A DNA stretch of 64,000 nt, taken from Octopus bimaculoides (Eukaryota). A program made the translations under genes and the position numbers. The stretch is from the NCBI RefSeq assembly GCF_001194135.2, contig NC_069001.1:30502666-30566665 (forward strand). Reading direction: 5' to 3'. The notes beneath the pieces were generated by a model, which did no database searches, was not told the origin of the DNA, and saw nothing but the letters and a program-made list of their open reading frames with translations. Below, one piece after another: positions 1 to 12,200 of the stretch (positions within the stretch are counted from its first letter, which is position 1; each line of letters begins with the position of its first letter).

Positions 1-552
1 GTACATAAGAATCTATGTACGTAGGTAAGTATGTATTCTTCCATAATTGACGAATAGCTACAGGAGACTATATTTTATTACCTGAAAATATAGATCATTT
101 ATCCGATACCATTTTTTAATCAATCACTTATAATCTACGTAGCTAGACATCGCTGATCGATTTCCTTCGAGGTGATGTGTTTCATAAATATAAATATACA
201 TAATGACATACAAGCACACATACTCGCATACACGCACACAAAACAACATACACCACACGCATAAATAGAGAACTATGTTTGTAGGTATGGGGGTGCCATT
301 GTGCTTTTGAATCGGTGTACGATGTAGTTATTGATTATGCAATACCGAACTATTCATTTCTTGCACTGGTCTTCAATGTAATAAGAGAACATTAGATATT
401 CAGATTTTGACGTGCAAATATAAGCATATATGTGTTAACGTATGTGCGCGTGTGTGTTTGTGTTTGAGCGAGAGAATGTGTCTGTTTGCATGTGTTTGCC
501 TCCGTGAGGTTTTAAGCGTGTCTGATAAGGAGCCTGTCTATCTATCTATCTA

Positions 553-605
<53 letters not shown>

Positions 606-1668
606 GTACCTATGAATGTAGATAAACACATGCAAAACCGCAAACACGAACGCACGTGCGTGTGTACACGCATATATAATGCATACACACATACATACAT
701 ATACATATGCTTATATTGAAATGTGTTTTGGTTTGCACCAGACTATATTTCAGTGCAGAGCGTTCGTGGCTCTGAGTGTAAATGAAGGTACACTGAGGAG
801 TGTATATATCAATATATACATCTTAGATGCTTTGGTTCTATATACCCACGCACACACATACGCACGTAGTAATATATAACTCCTATGTGTGTGTGTGTGT
901 GTGTTTGTGTATTTACAATTATAAACAATAAAACAAGATATTTAAATGGCTAACAATGTTAAATCTTATAAACACATATATATATATACTTTTATAATTA
1001 TTTACAAATATATATATATATATATATATATATNNNNNNNNNNTTTCTCTGTATGTTAGTGTGTGTGCATATGACATCTTAGTTGAGTTGTAATTATTCA
1101 TAATCTTGATGTGTTAATTTGTGTCATAAATATCGATTACAACTTTGATATTTCATTATATTAGATAAATCTAGAATAAATATTTATTGATATCGAATTA
1201 ACTGCGTAACAAACGAGGTATTCATAGAGTAAAATTTCTTAATTTCCACCAGTAAAATATGGATAGATAATTGGATAAAGTACCATGCCGTTTTTGTTGT
1301 TTAAACAGTATATTTTTCACATTATTGTATAAGGTGTTATCAAATGAAACATTATCCTGAATAATAATTGTAAAATGTGTAATAGTATTAAAAATCACAA
1401 TCGCTTTGACATATCATTAACAGCTGATAGCAGTTGAATGTTACTTATCATTGGATTATGATCCAATGATAGATGTATCCATGCACGTTCTCAGCGGAGT
1501 AGGGTCTGATAGCCGTTACCAGCCGATAATTATGCGGTGAAACAATTGTAGTGCATTGTAACAAGTTCTCTTGAATTCTACTCCAATTAAATTGCTTTCG
1601 TATATCGTCTGCGGATACCCTCGGATTTCCATGTTGTCATCCAACAAAAGAAGTCCTAGTATGTGATA

Positions 1669-1810
1669 CTCTTTTCTACTCTAGGCACAAGGCGCGAAAT
1701 TTTGGGAGCGGTGGCCAGCCGATTAGATCCACCGCATTACAAAACTGGTATTTAATTTATCGACCTCGAATGCGTGAAATGCAAAATCGACCTCGCCAGA
1801 ATTTGAACTT
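1669..1810 (-). mobile_element. 5'-truncated family-C SINE with 17-bp target-site duplication
   Basis: Reverse complement of the family-C body and tail (cttttctactctaggcacaagg...aaaatcgacctcgccagaatttgaac), flanked by agtcctagtatgtgata (1652-1668) and agtcctagtatatgata (1811-1827), 1 mismatch. Confidence 0.85.
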
Positions 1811-1887
1811 AGTCCTAGTATATGATAGCCTCTCCAAGCTGATACTCGAAGATGAATTTTGCAAAGCAGGCTATAATATTAGATATA

Positions 1888-1925
1888 GATCGTTTCAATT
1901 TACTGGTTTAAGTAAATCTCTTCAG
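1888..1925 (-). ncRNA. hammerhead-ribozyme-like core (stems I/III incomplete)
   Basis: Minus strand reads CTGAAGA-GATTTAC-ttaaacca-GTAAATT-GAAAC: CUGANGA and GAAA boxes around a 7-bp stem II. No convincing stem I. Confidence 0.35.
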
Positions 1926-2008
1926 AATTCGAACATAGATAAATACATCGGTTCAGAATGCGAACATAGATAAATACATTGGTTAGAATACGAAAATAAT
2001 TGATACAT
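1923..2008. repeat. 31-bp minisatellite, ~2.7 copies
   Basis: cagaattcgaacatagataaatacatcggtt / cagaatgcgaacatagataaatacattggtt / agaatacgaaaataattgatacat. Confidence 0.85.
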
Positions 2009-2579
2009 ATGTGAGGGTAATGTAAACATAAGTGGTAATTCTTACATTAAATTTTGTTCTTGCGCTGATAAATTCATATATTATATATACATGCAATATA
2101 AATGAACTATAAATTAGTTAAACTATGTTTGTAAAATATTTCAACCGTTAAAGGAAAATTTACTGCAAATACCGGGGACAAAAATATCTAGTCTTATAAT
2201 AAATGGTGTAAAAACAACAGCATCTCTGCAATTATCAGGATAACGAACTGGCATTTATAGGAAATATCGTTATTTGCCATTGATAACAACAAAAGAGCGC
2301 GAAATATGTCTGGGAATCCGATAGGGGTCACCACTGGGCAGTTCTAGGAAGATATGTGCTTTTTCCACATTTTACCATAAGACAGAATGTGTTCGCTACG
2401 GTGACTGCGGTGAGTTTGTCTTTAGAAGATGTAATATGTCACAAACATGCTTTACCTAGCCTAAAGTTTGCTTGTGTATAATAGATACATACAAATATAT
2501 ATCCATACATACATACATTCAACCTTATATACATTTGAGATACACACATACACACACACATATATACATACATAGATAT

Positions 2580-2622
<43 letters not shown>

Positions 2623-2646
2623 CATGTATGTATGTATGTAGATATT

Positions 2647-2691
<45 letters not shown>

Positions 2692-3363
2692 TACATATAT
2701 ATGTTGGGTTATGTAAGTATATATTAACGTATGTGTTCGATTGATGTGAAAATAAAATAAATATGTGTTCAATAACGTACATCAAAATCAATGTTCTTAA
2801 CTACAGATGCAGAGAAAAATATACTTGCAATTCGCTCGCGTATATAGCAAAATTATATATTGTAAAAATATTAAAATACTAAAAAATCAATGTTCCATTT
2901 AAAACGAATTATTAGATATTGTTTACCGATTCTTCAAAGAGACGCATATAAGCTGGGCTGCTTTTAAAATGGTCACTCTGTACTTGTCTAATATCTATAT
3001 TTCTATAGTTTATGTAGCGATGTAATATTTTTACAGACGTCTGGATGAAATAATGCATATAACTAATGTTGTAAATCATATATATCATCACGATTAATAT
3101 GTGTTGGTCTGATATATAGGAAGAGATTAAAATTCGAAAGGGCTGAGCTAAAAGCTATAAGTATTTTGTATTACTGTATCATCGATGCGTCTAATGTCAT
3201 TTTATATTATACGCACAAATGCATACATAAATACACATACATTTGTGTGTGTTTCTGCATATATATCATATAAAATTTGTGGGCAAGGCCGGAACAATGT
3301 GAAGTAAAGCCAAGGTAAATCACAAGAAAACAAGCATATGAATTAACTGTGACTAGTTCTGCA

Positions 3364-3400
3364 TTTAATATTTCAGGGTTAAGAGCCCCTCATCAGGAAA
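3364..3400 (-). ncRNA. minimal type-I hammerhead-like motif (Penelope/retrozyme type), stem I degenerate
   Basis: Minus strand: tttc-CTGATGA-GGGG-ctcttaa-CCCT-GAAA-TATT-aaa. Intact core, 4-bp stem II, palindromic AATATT stem III. Confidence 0.45.
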
Positions 3401-3519
3401 GAGCGAATGTTGAAGATCTGTATGTGTGTGAGTATGTGCGGAGTAGACATACACAGAAGACATGCTAGCTTCATGCAACTCTCTTCTGTTATTGATAGTC
3501 TACTACTGTTGGTTGGTTT

Positions 3520-3907
3520 GGAGGCGCAATTGGCCAGTGGTTAGGGCAGCGGACTCGCGGTCATAGGATCGCGGTTTCGATTCCCAAACCGGGCGTTGTG
3601 AGTGTTTATTGAGCGAAAACGCCTACAGTTCCACGACGCTCCGGCAGGGGATGGTGGAGAACCCTGCTGTACTCTTTCACCACAACTTTCTCTCACTCTT
3701 ACTTCCTGTTTCTGTTGTGCCTGTAATTCAAAGGGTCAGCCTTGTCAAACTGTGTCACGCTGAATCGCCCTGAGAACTACGTTACGGGTACACGTGTCTG
3801 TGGAGTGCTCAGCCACTTGCACGTTAATTTCACGAGCAGGCTGTTCCGTTGATCGGATCAACTGGTACCCTTGACGTCGTAAGCGGCGGAGTGACAGCAA
3901 CAACAAC
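3520..3907 (+). mobile_element. full-length tRNA(Arg-like)-headed SINE, family A
   Basis: Head ggaggcgcaattggccagtggttagggcagcggactcgcggtcataggatcgcggtttcgattccc has A-box and B-box-like motifs. Ends in a (CAA)n tail. Short TSD gttggttt at 3512-3519 and 3909-3916. Second copy at 5350. Confidence 0.9.
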
Positions 3908-5126
3908 TGTTGGTTTATTAATATGGCTTCGGAGATTCTAAGGTTGCATCTGTTGCGCTGTGTTTCCCTTATGTGCACTGTGAACTATCGGGTATGGCAT
4001 TTTCGTTGACGTTTCTTCACGGAAGTGTCTGTCTGTATATGTTCTTTAATGCGTTGTGTTGTTTTCTTGAACTTGGAACGTGAACGCGTACGAAGTTCTA
4101 CGAAGTTCTACGAAGTATTCTGCCAGCTCACTGCTTTATATGCAGATTATTTATATAAGAGCAAATTGTAAACAGGTTGTAAACTTTCTCGAAAACATAA
4201 ATGGACAGTAAACCTGAAAATATATAGTTCCTCCCCTTTTCATTGACGATATACAAATTACAGTGTAATACGATGTTTTCCTATTTGCTTACCCATAGAA
4301 AGTATGAAAAATAGCTAACATATACGTCAAACATTGCTTTCATTACGATATTTCTTTAAACAGGAAAGAATCACTCTCAAATTTGCGTGAATGAGTATGA
4401 TCGTATTCGTTAGCGTTCCCAGTGGCAATAGGTAAATTTTACAAATGAGAGACGCCTACGTTCACACACTACAACACCAACAGACTCAGGTACTTGCCAA
4501 TTCGCCTCTCACCACCAATAACAACTAACCACTGCTGCTAAACTGTCAACACTAAACTCTTATACAAACATCATTCACATAAACACAAACACACAGATAC
4601 AACCACGCGCAAAGTATGAACAAAACGACGTATGATTCAGAAAAACTCTGACCGGAACATATCTGAAATATAACAGAAAATAGGTCGGCTTGGAGACATT
4701 GACGTCCAGGTCACAAAAGCAAAGTTTGAAGGGAATAATAGCAATTTCCTTTGATTACTAGATAGAAGCAAATAGGAAATAACACTTACAGACCAAAGAC
4801 AAAAAGAAAATTGTTACACAGTGTTATCAAAAATTATATGGAGTGTGTTTTAATATCGACAGAAACAAGACGTTATTGTGAAGCTCGCTAGAAAAATTAT
4901 TAAGATTGATTATATTTGTTGCTTGGTATATACACCTCGTGTGAATCATGGTGATAAATAAATCAATACGATAAAATATCAATAAATAATTAAGTTTTAG
5001 CAGATATTCATGGTCCTCTTGCAATAAGAATTCTCGTCTTTAAGTGGCACTAGCAATCCATAGAAAAATATCGGAGGTTAAACAATTTTTTCTATATGTC
5101 TGCTTATATTCTGTGATTTTTTAAAA

Positions 5127-5318
5127 TTCTTTCATTTGTTTGTCATTTGACTGCGGCCGTGCTGGAGCACCGCCTTTAGCTGAATAGATCGACACCAGGA
5201 CTTATTCTGTGCCAGTCGAGTGTCTTATTCTACCGATATCGGGGAGGTAAACACACCAACATAGGTTGTCAAGCGATGGTGAGAGACAAACACAGAGACA
5301 CAAATGCATACGTGTGTA

Positions 5319-5350
<32 letters not shown>

Positions 5351-5671
5351 GAGGAGGAATGGCCCAGTGGTTCGGGCAGCGGATTCGCGGTCATAGGATC
5401 GTGGTTTCGATTCCCAGACTGAGCGTTGTAAGTGTTTATTGAGCGAAAACAATTAAAGCCCCACAGGACTCCGACAGGGAGTGGTGGCGAACCCTGCTGT
5501 ACTCTTTTACCACAACTTTTTCTCACTCTTATTTCCTACTTCTGTTGTACCTGTGTTTCAAAGGGCCAGCCTTGACACACTCTGTGTCACGCTAAATCCC
5601 CCCGAGAACTACGTTTAAAGTGTACGTGTCTATGGATTGCTCAGCCACTGGCAGGTTAATTTCACGAGCAG

Positions 5672-5750
<79 letters not shown>

Positions 5751-5880
5751 ACGGGCTCCTTTTAGCTCCCGGCGACCAAATCTACTCACAAGGCATTCGT
5801 CGACCGAAATGACCAAGACGCCACGCAGTGGTACTGAACCCAGAGGCTTGAGGTTGGAAAGCAAACTTCTTACCCCCCCC
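5127..5880 (-). mobile_element. family-B SINE with internal microsatellite, interrupted by a family-A SINE
   Basis: 3' half (gtcatttgactgcggccgtgctggagcaccgcc...gacaaacacag) at 5127-5310. 5' half (atacgacgggctcc...ctcacaaggc...cacgcagtggtactgaaccc...cttcttacc) at 5745-5880. The same 3' half recurs at 34800-35010. Confidence 0.8.
5350..5672 (+). mobile_element. family-A SINE, 3'-truncated, nested in family-B microsatellite
   Basis: Colinear with 3520-3907 from the head to ttcacgagcagg, then replaced by (CA)n. Confidence 0.9.
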
Positions 5881-6497
5881 CNNNNNNNNNNNNNNNNNNN
5901 NNNNNNNNNNNNNNNNNNNNNNNNNNNNNNNNNNNNNNNNNNNNNNNNNNNNNNNNNNNNNNNNNNNNCCCACATACACACACACACATAAGGTTTCTCG
6001 CCAGTTCAACATTGCTAGAGATGTATTCTTCATTATGATAGTGCAGTACCAATATATAGAGGGGACAATACAGGACATTACAGACAAATAGTGTTCATGA
6101 GTTCGTTTAAGGAGATTTTAAAATATGATGATTTATATTAGATATGATTAAAATTGTTCACTTAAAATTTTCCACTTTGGACGTGACGTCCACCGGCTAC
6201 ACCTTTACTATGGATTAATTTAATCAGGGTCATTCGCCCCCATCAACACGGCTAGCGACAGCTGTAGCCTATTCCAGCCCGTAGTATATAGTAAAATAAG
6301 TGACAATCATTCACTGATATTGCAACAAGCAAAGTGGCTCGCTAGAAAATCTCTGTAAGAGATGAAAGTGGTAACTATACTGAGAATTAATGTTTGCCGT
6401 CAGGAACCGAGGTTACTACTACTTTTTAACGCCAAGGTGCCGCCTCCTCTAGCTGCCTATCTATGCAATCTGCACCCGATTTCTCTAGTGGACAGGT

Positions 6498-6768
6498 AGA
6501 CTGTAACCCCTTTGATTATTATGCGTGTTGAGTGAGAGACCAACACAATTCCTTGTAACACTAAAGATGAACTGAAGGCAAACATTTTGGGAGCATTCAC
6601 CAGCTGAAACACGGAGATCGTCTAGAAAAGTTGCAGGAGATTCCGAAACTGCTCTTTATTATTTCAAGAATTGTTTATGCAATTCTGGTAAATATATCTG
6701 TTAAAATGAAATGCCAGTATGTTTTCATTTTTGAGTAATTTAGACGACAGCGTATTCACCGCACCCTG
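6498..6768 (+). mobile_element. Tc1/mariner-superfamily 3' remnant with right TIR
   Basis: Frameshifted translation DCNPFDYYA / VE*ETNTIPCNTKDELKANILGAFTS*NTEIV*KSCRRFRN resembles the SPDxNPxD(Y) motif and C-terminal helices of DD(D/E) transposases. Ends ...attcaccgcaccctg|TA. Confidence 0.75.
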
Positions 6769-7319
6769 TATACTGCAGTTTGTTTTGTTCACAATCACAC
6801 ACACAAAAACATACACACTCATACACACACTTACTCAGACAAACACGTACACGCACAAAAGCCACATATATTCACACACGCACACATTCGCACACCTATC
6901 ATATTTATTCAGACTCATTGGTATGATATCTCAAACATACTCTACAATAATACATACGAGTAACCAGTCCTACCTGTAAACAACATTATGCAGCCATAAT
7001 GTAATTGCATTGTCCCTACTTTCATCTACTTTTATCTCAAACCTAACTAAACCTGAACACGGATTAGGATTAAGGGCAAATTGATGAATGTTGCTAACAC
7101 AATACAAAGCAATTACGTTAATCCGATAATTCCTGGCAAAACCCACAAAAGTTTGCAGAATTAATTGAAATGTGTTCTCGCTATTGGCAGCGTTTTATTC
7201 ATATTGCTGCTGGACATTTTGTAGTAGTAGCAGCAGTAGTAGAAATAGTATTTGTAGTAGATCTGTTTTGAGTGGCAATTGTAGAAATCGATGTAAATAT
7301 CATTGCTGGTAATCAACTC

Positions 7320-7895
7320 AATCGTCTTTAAGTTCTGAGTTCAAATGCTACCGGGGGCGACATTGCCTTTCATCCGTTTGAGGTCGAGAAAATAAATACC
7401 ATTCGAACACTGGTGTTGAGGTATTTGACTTAACACCACCCCCGGAATTGCTAGCTTTGTGCCACTATTTGAAATCAGTATCATTGCTTATCATAAGGCA
7501 GCGAGCTAGGAAAATCGTTAGCACACCGGGAAAACTGCTTTCAAGCATTTCGTGCATATCTTATGTTCAGAGTTCAAATCCCGCTTAGGTTAATTTTGCC
7601 TAAAATTCTTTCCAAGGGTCGATAAAATAACTATCAGTTGAGCTTTGGGGGTCGATGTAATTGACTTACTCCCTCCACCGAAAAAAACTAGTCTTGTACC
7701 AAAATTTGAAATCCATATCAATGCTTATAATAAGGAAAATACTTAACTGCATTTCGTAGTTATTTTACGTTTAGTGTTCAAATCCTGGCAGGGTTGACTT
7801 TGCCTTTCATCCTTTCGGGGTCGATGCAAACGATTTATTCAACCCCAACTCACCAGAAATTGTTTGCCTTGTGCCAACATTTTAAAATTGATGTT
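7320..7895 (+). mobile_element. head-to-tail array of three family-C SINE units
   Basis: Three successive gttcaaat...cctttcatcc...gtcga...tttgaaat bodies. The spacer tatcattgct/tatcaatgct occurs at ~7298, ~7479 and ~7716. Confidence 0.8.
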
Positions 7896-8196
7896 ATTAC
7901 TGATAATTTTAAAGTTAATCATGTTACTCATGCCATCGCCAATCGTCATTTTGTACCAATAATAATAGTCGTAGACATTTTAGTTGCTGTAGTTATTATA
8001 GCAGCATTCGTCATTTTCGTCGATGTAGTTATTACTCTTATAACACTTGCTGATGTCCTGTTGACGATATTATTATCATTATAGTGTTTTTCACATGTTT
8101 GTAGTAGTAGTAGTAGTAGTAGTAGTAGTAAATGCTGTTATGGATTTTGTTGTAGCAGTTACAGTTGTTTTTACTGCTTATGATTGTAAATCTCAG

Positions 8197-8386
8197 CTGA
8201 CAGAATCTTTACCACGCCTGGAGAAATGCTTACCGGTATTTCGCCTGCCGCTCGGTTCTGAGTTCCTACCAGGTCGATTTAGCCTTTCATCCTTTGGAGG
8301 TCGATGGAATAAGTACCAGTTAAGTACTGGGGTCGACTAGTCCCCTCCCGCTAATTTCAGGCCATGTACCTACAATAGAGAGGATT
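8197..8386 (+). mobile_element. family-C SINE with perfect 14-bp TSD
   Basis: attgtaaatctcag at 8183-8196 and 8387-8400 flanks ctgacagaatc...gcctttcatcc...aagtaccagtt...agagaggatt. Confidence 0.88.
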
Positions 8387-8927
8387 ATTGTAAATCTCAG
8401 AGTAAGTCCTGGTCGAAATAATTCCCTGCATTACGGCGACTGAATATATATTTTTTTTGTTCTCTTTATTCACTCTAATATTTCAGCTCTCATCGGGGAC
8501 ACACGCAAACGGTAGCGGACTGGCTAAGTTGCCAGCTTGCCCGATGGCAAGTGAGCCACTGCGCCATCAGAATCCATGTTAGTATCTAAGGCCCCATGTT
8601 AGTATCTAAGTGGCCCGTTCTTGACTCCTGGAAGAATGCATTAATTATTTCAGCCTGGCTGTGTTTGTAGAGAGTTGAAAAGAATACTTTTAACAACAAA
8701 AAAAAAAGTTAAATGATAACATTGTAATTGCGGGTGGGCCCCATTGTAATTTATGGTGGGCCACGTTAGTAACCTGGCAACCAATATTTTTAGACTCAGT
8801 CCCCCACTACATGCAAACTTAGTTCACCCAAGTTTGACATCATCTTAAGTATCTCGACAGCAATATTAATCAACTATATTAGTCAACGGGTAGATATGTG
8901 TGTGTGAGAGTATATGCATTTGTGCGC

Positions 8928-9011
<84 letters not shown>

Positions 9012-9067
9012 TATCCATCAACCGAAGCAAGACCCATTGGAGTGAAGCAATAACAGAATATACTCAC

Positions 9068-9106
9068 CCATGCTTCAGCGTAGGAGGACATAGTTACAGA
9101 CCAATA
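9068..9106 (-). other. candidate 39-nt exon (phase 0-0)
   Basis: Strong donor TGG|GTGAGT and weak acceptor tttgatag|. Only one frame is open: [13 protein letters not shown]. No homology recognised. Confidence 0.2.
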
Positions 9107-9716
9107 CTATCAAATTTTGATCGTGTGTGTGAACGTGAGTTTTTGTGCACGCGCGCTTGCATATGTTCGTGGTTATGTCTGTAGAATTTCCCAAACGCAA
9201 CTCTAATAATTCCAGCATAGATTTGAAACAGTGTCGTTGTCTGCTCACTACCATAAAATGTTCTCTGTAGACTAATATAAAAATCGCTTCAAGAAGTCTC
9301 TTAATGTTCTCGACATACTATGAAACATCTTTTGATATTTTATTCTTTTTTTTTCCGTTTACATAAAAAGCTCGTCTGCGACGAACATTATATGTTTTCC
9401 TTTCAGACACACTGTATCCTGGGTGATATTAATCAATTTAGTCTTCCTGTTTTAAAGACAGGTGTATATAAACACATAGGAATGACACTTGCCTTCTAAC
9501 CAATTCATCCACCATGTTTATATTCCTCAAATAGAACACACAGACACACACACACTGACAGACACACACACACACATACACATGGATAAATAGATAGAGA
9601 GAGAGAGACAGTGAGATAGACAGTAAGATAGATAGCCAACCAGCCAACTACACAAAAGACAGACAAAGACATAAACATAGACAGATAGTTAAAAATATAG
9701 ATATCTATATAGATGT

Positions 9717-9753
<37 letters not shown>

Positions 9754-9880
9754 GAGACAGACTGACGACAGACAGACAAACAAGAAGACAGACAGAGATA
9801 TAGAGACGCATAGATAGATAGATTGATAGATAAATATGAATATAGATATCTATATAGATGTACACACACACATGCGCGCA

Positions 9881-10583
9881 CATATAATGCGATTTTTTGA
9901 ATTGCATGAACTAAAAGTCGGAGGGGGACGGGATAAACTACCTTCATCAATTTGCAATAAAAGCAGACAGTAATTTAACATTGTCCTTACTTTTAGTTCA
10001 AGTTTTGAAGAGTGCAGTTACATTTTAACAGTTATTTTTTTAAAACCTATAATTGAAGTAAAGAGGAGCATATTTGGCATATTTTTGTTATGAGTTCGAT
10101 AAAGCCAACAATGCAACGGAAAGTGCGAGGAATATTGAGGCATTTTATGGGGATGGAAGAATAAGTGTAAGCCAGTGTCAACGGTGGTTTCCGAAATTCC
10201 GAGCGCGAAACTACCGCCTAGAAGCCGAGGATACAGTCAGGATAACATGCCAAATTCTGGAGCAGTTTGAATGGGAAACGAATCCCCACCCACCATATTT
10301 ACCGGGCATTGTCTTATATGATTATTATATATTCCGCTGTGTTCAAAATTCTTTGGACATAAAAAATATGAATTCTGTAGACGACGTCAGAACAGCACTG
10401 GAGAAGTATTTTTCGTCACATAGAAGTGAATTTTGGAAGAGAGGCCTTGTAAATCTATCGGATAAATGGAAGGGCATTGTAGACAATGAAGGAGAGCATA
10501 TTTTAGATTAAGAAGAACTGTGTTTATCTTAATTTTGAAAAATAAAAGAAGTATAATGAGCCCCATTATTTATAGGATGACCT

Positions 10584-10587
<4 letters not shown>
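9881..10587 (+). mobile_element. internally deleted mariner element (transposase pseudogene)
   Basis: ORF 10074-10511 joins a mariner N-terminal HTH (YEFDKANNATESARNI...QCQRWFPKFR) to the C-terminus (HPPYLPGIVLYDY ~ HPPYSPDLAPSDY; FWKRGLVNLSDKWKGIVDNEGEHILD). Right TIR cattatttataggatgacctaa (10564-10585). Only the inner half of the left TIR remains (~9881-9898). Confidence 0.9.
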
Positions 10588-10626
<39 letters not shown>

Positions 10627-12004
10627 ATCAATGTATTTTCTGTGTTAAACTGTTTACACTACATATGAATTTCCCAATTCCGCTGTTGGCCCAGTTAAAA
10701 ATAATAAATAAATTTAGATGACTTGTGATTTGCTTTTCTAATTTATGTGAAATAATACCATAACAAGTGTGTGTGTGTGTGTTCATNNNNNNNNNNNNNN
10801 NNNNNNNNNNNNNNNNNNNNNNNNNNNNNNNNNNNNNNNNNNNNNNNNNNNNNNNNNNNNNNNNNNNNNNNNNNNNNNNNNNNNNNNNNNNNNNNNNNNN
10901 NNNNNNNNNNNNNNNNNNNNNNNNNNNNNNNNNNNNNNNNNNNNNNNNNNNNNNNNNNNNNNNNNNNNNNNNNNNNNNNNNNNNNNNNNNNNNNNNNNNN
11001 NNNNNNNNNNNNNNNNNNNNNNNNNNNNNNNNNNNNNNNNNNNNNNNNNNNNNNNNNNNNNNNNNNNNNNNNNNNNNNNNNNNNNNNNNNNNNNNNNNNN
11101 NNNNNNNNNNNNNNNNNNNNNNNNNNNNNNNNNNNNNNNNNNNNNNNNNNNNNNNNNNNNNNNNNNNNNNNNNNNNNNNNNNNNNNNATATATATATATA
11201 ATTATTTTATATCACATATACATGTATATAGATAAATAGACAGACAGATAGATAGATAGATATTGAATTGACATAGAGAGAGAGAGAGAGATAATTATAA
11301 ATATATATATATATGGACGCATATTGTTTAGCTAATCTTAACGAAAAGATTATTGGAGTTTGTCGTTTTCTTTCGTTTATTTGAAATGCCTGCATTTGAT
11401 ACAACATGATAAAATATCTAATACATTTTGGGGTGCGAGGGTATGATACTCGAATTTCAGTACGTATGCCCAAAAAAAAACAAGAAAAAAAACTTGAAGA
11501 AAAACGAACGGCTGATATACGGTGTCGTCGGAGAAACATTTATCTTGTAAAAAGAGATTATTTTTTTCCCTTTACATCGATTGCTTCGATTACTCAAATT
11601 GCATTTTTGGAAGGCTATTGAATAGTTCGAGATTATCTCTTACAAAATACCTTTTTTTTTTTTCATATCCCCCAACCTCTTAATACTTTCTCCCTTGCAT
11701 TAACACTTTTTTTCAAGAAAGTATCATCATCGTCATCATAATCATCATCATTGTCATCATATTATAGAGATTATTATTATTATTATTATTGTTTTGCGCG
11801 CCCTTGATAGCAAACGTTATAAACAAGCACTTTATATGCAAAGAATTCTATTGTCTAAGACAAAAAAGAGTAATAAAAAAAGGAGGGAAAAAGCGTATTT
11901 TCCATTTCAATTCTATACATTTCATGTGAAAGACGTCTTCACCTTATTCCAGTAAAGAAGTTTCTGGTTCACTATTTCGAAAATTTACCATTAACTTTTC
12001 AGAA

Positions 12005-12200
12005 TTCTATTCTTCTTCTTCTTCTTCTTCTTCTTCTTCTTGTTTTCGTTATTATTATTATTATTATTATTACTAGTAGTAGTAGTAGTATCATGATTAT
12101 TATTATTATCTTCATCATCATTATTATTATTATTGTTATTATCATCACCATCAGCATTGTTATATTTAATATTATTATTAGCATTAGTGGTTATAGTAGT
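12005..12200. repeat. compound trinucleotide microsatellite (TTC/TTA/TAG/CAT)
   Basis: Direct inspection. Similar compound tracts at 8095-8130, 11710-11790, 17595-17820, 22150-22450, 27940-28060 and 52130-52230. Confidence 0.95.

Noticed and set aside
2347-2409. Plus-strand 63-nt exon candidate ending GCG|GTGAGT (GRYVLFPHFTIRQNVFATVTA or KICAFSTFYHKTECVRYGDC)
   Set aside because: The donor is good but the acceptor lacks a pyrimidine tract. The resemblance to ABC or Hsp90 motifs is too short to mean anything.
3520-3595. tRNA-Arg-like sequence (also at 5350, 25257, 51384)
   Set aside because: The acceptor stem and anticodon arm are degenerate and it continues into a SINE body, so it is a SINE head and not a tRNA gene.
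8520-8780. GC-richer patch with gttgccag/ctggcaac ends and two short tandem duplications (8574-8610, ~8720-8762)
   Set aside because: The inverted match is only 8 bp with no TSD; cannot be called an element.
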